The notes under the pieces are model-generated. The model was not told the origin of the DNA. It worked only from the letters and a program-made list of their open reading frames with translations, and did no database searches. From an uncultured Chloroflexia bacterium (GTDB lineage Bacteria; Chloroflexota; Limnocylindria; QHBO01), in NCBI GenBank assembly GCA_963806695.1, contig CAWDYT010000001.1, forward strand, positions 12,026-76,025: a stretch of 64,000 bases of DNA. The letters run 5' to 3'. This document shows, one piece after another, positions 60,721-64,000 of this stretch. Both the position numbers and the translations under genes were made by a program. The first letter of the stretch is position 1. The number at the start of each line of letters is the position of its first letter.

Positions 60721-60856
60721 CTCGGGGTCGCGGCTGGGCACCGACGAGGTGCGTGGCCGGTGCCTTGCAGGCTCGCAGAGCGACCTCCACGACCGATGAA
60801 TGCGGCGCGTGTCGCCAGTCTCTACACCAGGCACACCGTCCGAGGAGAACGATCCG

Positions 60857-61384
60857 ATGACCACGACGACCGCCCCGCGCGAAACGAAGAATCTCGACGG
60901 CTACGGCTCGCCGCCGCTCGAATGGAACCGCGTGATCGATGCATTGGATCGGACGAGCGACCTGTCGGTGTCGGATTCGGCGAGCCACTTTTGGATCGCC
61001 ACGACGCGACCGGACGGTCGTCCGCACATGATGGGGGTCGGCATCGTCTGGGATGCCGGCAAGTTCTACCTGTCGACCGGCGCGGGGACCCAGAAGGGCA
61101 AGAACCTCGCCCATGACCCGCGCTGCATGGTCAGCATCGCGGCACCGGGCGTCGACATCGTCGCCGAGGGAGAAGCGAAGATCATCCGCGACGAAGGCGA
61201 GCTGCAGCGCATCGCCAAGCTGTACGACGACTGGGGACCGCAGGTTCGCGACGGTGCCTTCTGGCACGAGTTCAGCGCACCCAGCGCCGGTCCGCCGCCG
61301 TGGGACGTGTACGAGATCACGCCGACGACCATCTACGCGGTGGCGACGGCAGAGCCGAACGGCGCCACGCGCTGGAAGCTCTGA
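60857..61384 (+). CDS. pyridoxamine 5'-phosphate oxidase family protein
   Basis: Intact. GAGGAGAACG SD. Confidence 0.75.
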   Translation: MTTTTAPRETKNLDGYGSPPLEWNRVIDALDRTSDLSVSDSASHFWIATTRPDGRPHMMGVGIVWDAGKFYLSTGAGTQKGKNLAHDPRCMVSIAAPGVDIVAEGEAKIIRDEGELQRIAKLYDDWGPQVRDGAFWHEFSAPSAGPPPWDVYEITPTTIYAVATAEPNGATRWKL

Positions 61385-61385
61385 C

Positions 61386-62029
61386 ATGAGCAAGGTCCGA
61401 GTGCACATCTCGACATCGCTGGACGGCTACGTTGCCGGCCCGAACCAGAGTCAGGATGAGCCTCTCGGCGCAGGCGGCGAGCAGCTGCACGACTGGCTGG
61501 TCGCCTTGAAGTCGTGGCGCGAGGGAGCCGGCATGGAGGGCGGCGAGGAGAACGTCAGCAATGACGTGTTCGGCGAGGTGACTCGACAACGTCGGCGCCG
61601 AGATCATGGGTCGCGGCAAGTTCGGGCCTGCAACCCGTGGGGACTGGGGCGACGATCCGTGGCAGGGCTGGTGGGGGGACGACCCGCCGTTCCGCAAGCC
61701 GGTCTTCGTCCTCACCCATCACGAGCGGGAGCCGCTGACCCTCACCGACACGACCTTCCATTTCGTCACCGATGGCATCGAGTCGGCCCTCGTGCAAGCA
61801 CGGGCGGCCGCCGGCGACAAGGACGTCTTCATCGGCGGTGGTGCCGACGTCATCAACCAGTACCTGGCGGCCGGACTCGTCGACGAGGTGGAGCTGCACG
61901 TCGTCCCGCTCCTCCTGGGCGGCGGCGCGCGCCTCTTCGACGGGCGTCGGCCCGGACCTGAAGCTGGAGGAGCTCCGCACGATCGAGGCGCCGGGGGTCG
62001 CGCACCTCAAGTACCGCGTCGTGAAGTGA
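61386..62029 (+). pseudogene. dihydrofolate reductase family protein (RibD C-terminal domain); 2 frameshifts
   Basis: MSKVRVHISTSLDGYVAGPNQ... continues in ORF 61606 (...KPVFVLTHHEREPL...GGGADVINQYLAAGLVDEVELHVVPLLLGGG) and ORF 61772 (...LKLEELRTIEAPGVAHLKYRVVK). Confidence 0.65.
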
Positions 62030-62032
62030 TGA

Positions 62033-62827
62033 CTACCTCTGCCAGGAGGTAGCCACGATCTCCGCGACGGTCTCCGCGAGTCCGGAGGGATTCTGCAGTC
62101 CCATCGGGTGGCCGGTCTGCGGGACGACTCGCCAACCAACGCCCATCGAGGCGAGCTCCAGCTCCAGCTCGGGCTCGGGACCGCTCAGCTCGCCATTCAG
62201 ATACCAGCGCGGGATCTCGAGGCCGGCAAGGAGCGAACGCAGCGATGGCTCCGTCTCGCGTTCCATCGCAACGGCCTCCCGGTAGATCGCCCGAGGCTCC
62301 AACAGCCGAGTCATCCCAAGGTGGGCGGCCCGGAGGCCCTCCGGCTGTGCCTCGGCCTCCTTTGCCTGGCCGTCGAGCAGCTCGCGGAACCCGTTGTCAA
62401 CGAATTGCTCCTCGGTGAGTCCGCCGAACCGATCGTCAGCTGCCGGTCCAATGTTGCCTTCCGCCATGACCAGAAGCGACACAACGCTGGGCCGGGCTGC
62501 CGCGACCAGGATGGCGACCCCGCCTCCCATGCTGTGGCCAATCAGGCCGCATTCGCGAAACTCAGTGGCATCGATCAGGGCGACGACCGTTCGTGCGTGA
62601 TCCTCGAGCCGGTACCCGAACTCGAGGGGCCGATCGCTGTACCCGTGTCCGATGAAATCAACGAGCAGGGATCGTCGCCCCTGCAGCGTCGGCTGGACTG
62701 CGGCCGGGAGGAGTTCACCGGTTGAGGAGCACTGCCAGCCATGCAGCCAGATCAGGGGCGGACCCTCACCCGGGAGCTCGATATATCGGAGGAATGCCGC
62801 ATCGGCGGCCAGATAAACGGCCTTCAT
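62033..62827 (-). CDS. alpha/beta hydrolase
   Basis: Intact. ...LIGHSMGGGVA... Confidence 0.8.
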   Translation of the reverse strand: MKAVYLAADAAFLRYIELPGEGPPLIWLHGWQCSSTGELLPAAVQPTLQGRRSLLVDFIGHGYSDRPLEFGYRLEDHARTVVALIDATEFRECGLIGHSMGGGVAILVAAARPSVVSLLVMAEGNIGPAADDRFGGLTEEQFVDNGFRELLDGQAKEAEAQPEGLRAAHLGMTRLLEPRAIYREAVAMERETEPSLRSLLAGLEIPRWYLNGELSGPEPELELELASMGVGWRVVPQTGHPMGLQNPSGLAETVAEIVATSWQR

Positions 62828-62919
62828 CTGTCGACTCGCTACAGGCGGACACCTACCGACGACCGAGTATGCGCCTGATCCGCCACGTCACATTGCTGCG
62901 ATGGGTTGACTTCGATGAG

Positions 62920-63618
62920 TTAGTCGGGAGTGACCAGGCTCCGCGTTTCCAGGTCCGCCCCGTAATAGCGGGCGGTGGGGTCGACGATGACGGTCTTGGT
63001 GTCGTCGCCCTTCCGCGCCAGGACATCGCGGGCCATCTGCTCGAATGTGATCTTGTTCGGCCCACCGATGTTCCTGATGCCGTTGATCGGCTCGGCGGCC
63101 GCGGCCTGTGCGACCGCGGACGCGACATCGTCGGCGGGGATCGGCTGGATCAGCGCATCGGGCACGCGCACCTCATCGGCGACGGTGAGGGATTCGGCGA
63201 TCGCATCGGCGAACTCGTCGAACTGGGTGGCGCGTACGATCGAATAGGGGATGCCGGACTCGGTGATGATCCTCTCCTGCGCGACCTTGGCGCGGAAGTA
63301 CGGGCTGTCCGGCAGCCCGTCCACTCCCACGATCGACAGCGCGACGTAGTGGCCGACGCCGGCACGGCTGGCTGCGTGCACCAGGTTGGTGGCCGATGTG
63401 GTGAAGAAGTCCATGACCGGGCCCGCCTCGAACGAGGGGGAGTTCGTCACCTCGACGAGCGCGTCAGCGCTTGCGAGCGCATCGGCCAGGCCTTCCCCGG
63501 TCAGGACGTCCACGCCTGACGAGCGCGATGCCGCGACGACGTCGTGGCCTTCGTTCCTCAGAGCGTCGACGACCTTGCTGCCGATCAGCCCGCTTGCCCC
63601 CATGACCGTGATCTTCAT
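62920..63618 (-). CDS. NAD(P)H-binding NmrA-like/SDR-family protein
   Basis: MKITVMGASGLIGSKVVDAL... Confidence 0.8.
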   Translation of the reverse strand: MKITVMGASGLIGSKVVDALRNEGHDVVAASRSSGVDVLTGEGLADALASADALVEVTNSPSFEAGPVMDFFTTSATNLVHAASRAGVGHYVALSIVGVDGLPDSPYFRAKVAQERIITESGIPYSIVRATQFDEFADAIAESLTVADEVRVPDALIQPIPADDVASAVAQAAAAEPINGIRNIGGPNKITFEQMARDVLARKGDDTKTVIVDPTARYYGADLETRSLVTPD

Positions 63619-63654
63619 GCGCTGCACGATGCCATAAAGGACGAACGCGATGGG

Positions 63655-64000
63655 TCAGCGTCCTTTCATCGCGAGGTACCGATCGCGTTCGGCCTTGTCG
63701 AGCTTCTCGATCGCATAGCGGAGCATGACCCGCGGCATCGTCGCGGCTTGCGCTTCGAGGAACGAGGCGAGCCGGTCGGGGTCGCGCTTGCCGGCCTCGC
63801 GCAGCATCCAGCCGACCGCCTTGGCGACGAGGTCGTCCGGGTCGTCGGCGAGCGTCGCGGCGATCCGGTACGTGTCGTCGAGCTGGTCGCGCCGGATGAA
63901 CGCGAAGGTGCTCAGGATGGCGCGTGCGTCGCTCCATCGGCCTCGCAGACCGCGCGAGCTCGTGCGAGGATGTCGCGCGGCTTGTCGACGAGGTACTCGC
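63655..64000 (-). CDS. DNA alkylation repair protein (AlkD/AlkC-like HEAT repeat), partial: N-terminus beyond the window
   Basis: Hand translation of the minus strand gives ...AVGWMLREAGKRDPDRLASFLEAQAATMPRVMLRYAIEKLDKAERDRYLAMKGR*. Confidence 0.65.
   Translation of the reverse strand, partial: RVPRRQAARHPRTSSRGLRGRWSDARAILSTFAFIRRDQLDDTYRIAATLADDPDDLVAKAVGWMLREAGKRDPDRLASFLEAQAATMPRVMLRYAIEKLDKAERDRYLAMKGR

Noticed and set aside
1-64000. CRISPR arrays, IS elements or transposases, integrases, tRNA or rRNA genes
   Set aside because: I saw no regular repeat-spacer pattern, no terminal inverted repeats flanking a transposase-like ORF, and no tRNA-like or rRNA-like segments. Every large ORF is accounted for by a metabolic or regulatory family.

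Overview
This is a 64 kb, very GC-rich (about 70%) chromosomal segment with an Actinomycetota-like gene set. It includes an F420/deazaflavin-dependent nitroreductase, a WS/DGAT, DinB/mycothiol-type proteins and a PspC-domain two-component system. I count about 80 protein-coding genes, densely packed on both strands. I found no rRNA, tRNA, CRISPR array, transposase or integrase. Functionally it reads as a stress, detoxification and small-molecule-modification neighbourhood:
- 8 VOC/glyoxalase-fold genes and 6 alpha/beta-hydrolases.
- 2 DinB, 2 PPOX, 2 DUF1801, 2 SRPBCC and 2 RibD-C (DHFR-like) genes, plus an amidase, a WS/DGAT, a beta-lactamase-fold serine hydrolase and an FAD-linked oxidase.
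- A DNA-repair set: AlkZ-like and AlkD-like glycosylases and RidA.
- A dense layer of regulators: two NarL-type HK/RR pairs (one with a PspC sensor), one orphan multi-TM histidine kinase, two PadR, one ArsR, an ECF sigma factor with a SnoaL-like extension, and a membrane-anchored SARP/BTAD regulator.

The main caveat is that many conserved genes are interrupted by single-nucleotide indels, mostly in G/C homopolymer runs. This is worst in the PspC two-component locus, the M3 peptidase, the MFS transporter and a serine hydrolase. Neighbouring 1.5-2 kb genes are intact, so I give the boundaries of the fragmented genes as approximate. I worked by reading the six-frame ORFs and spot-translating both strands by hand. 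The long ORFs in the GC-rich off-frames are artefacts and were not called.
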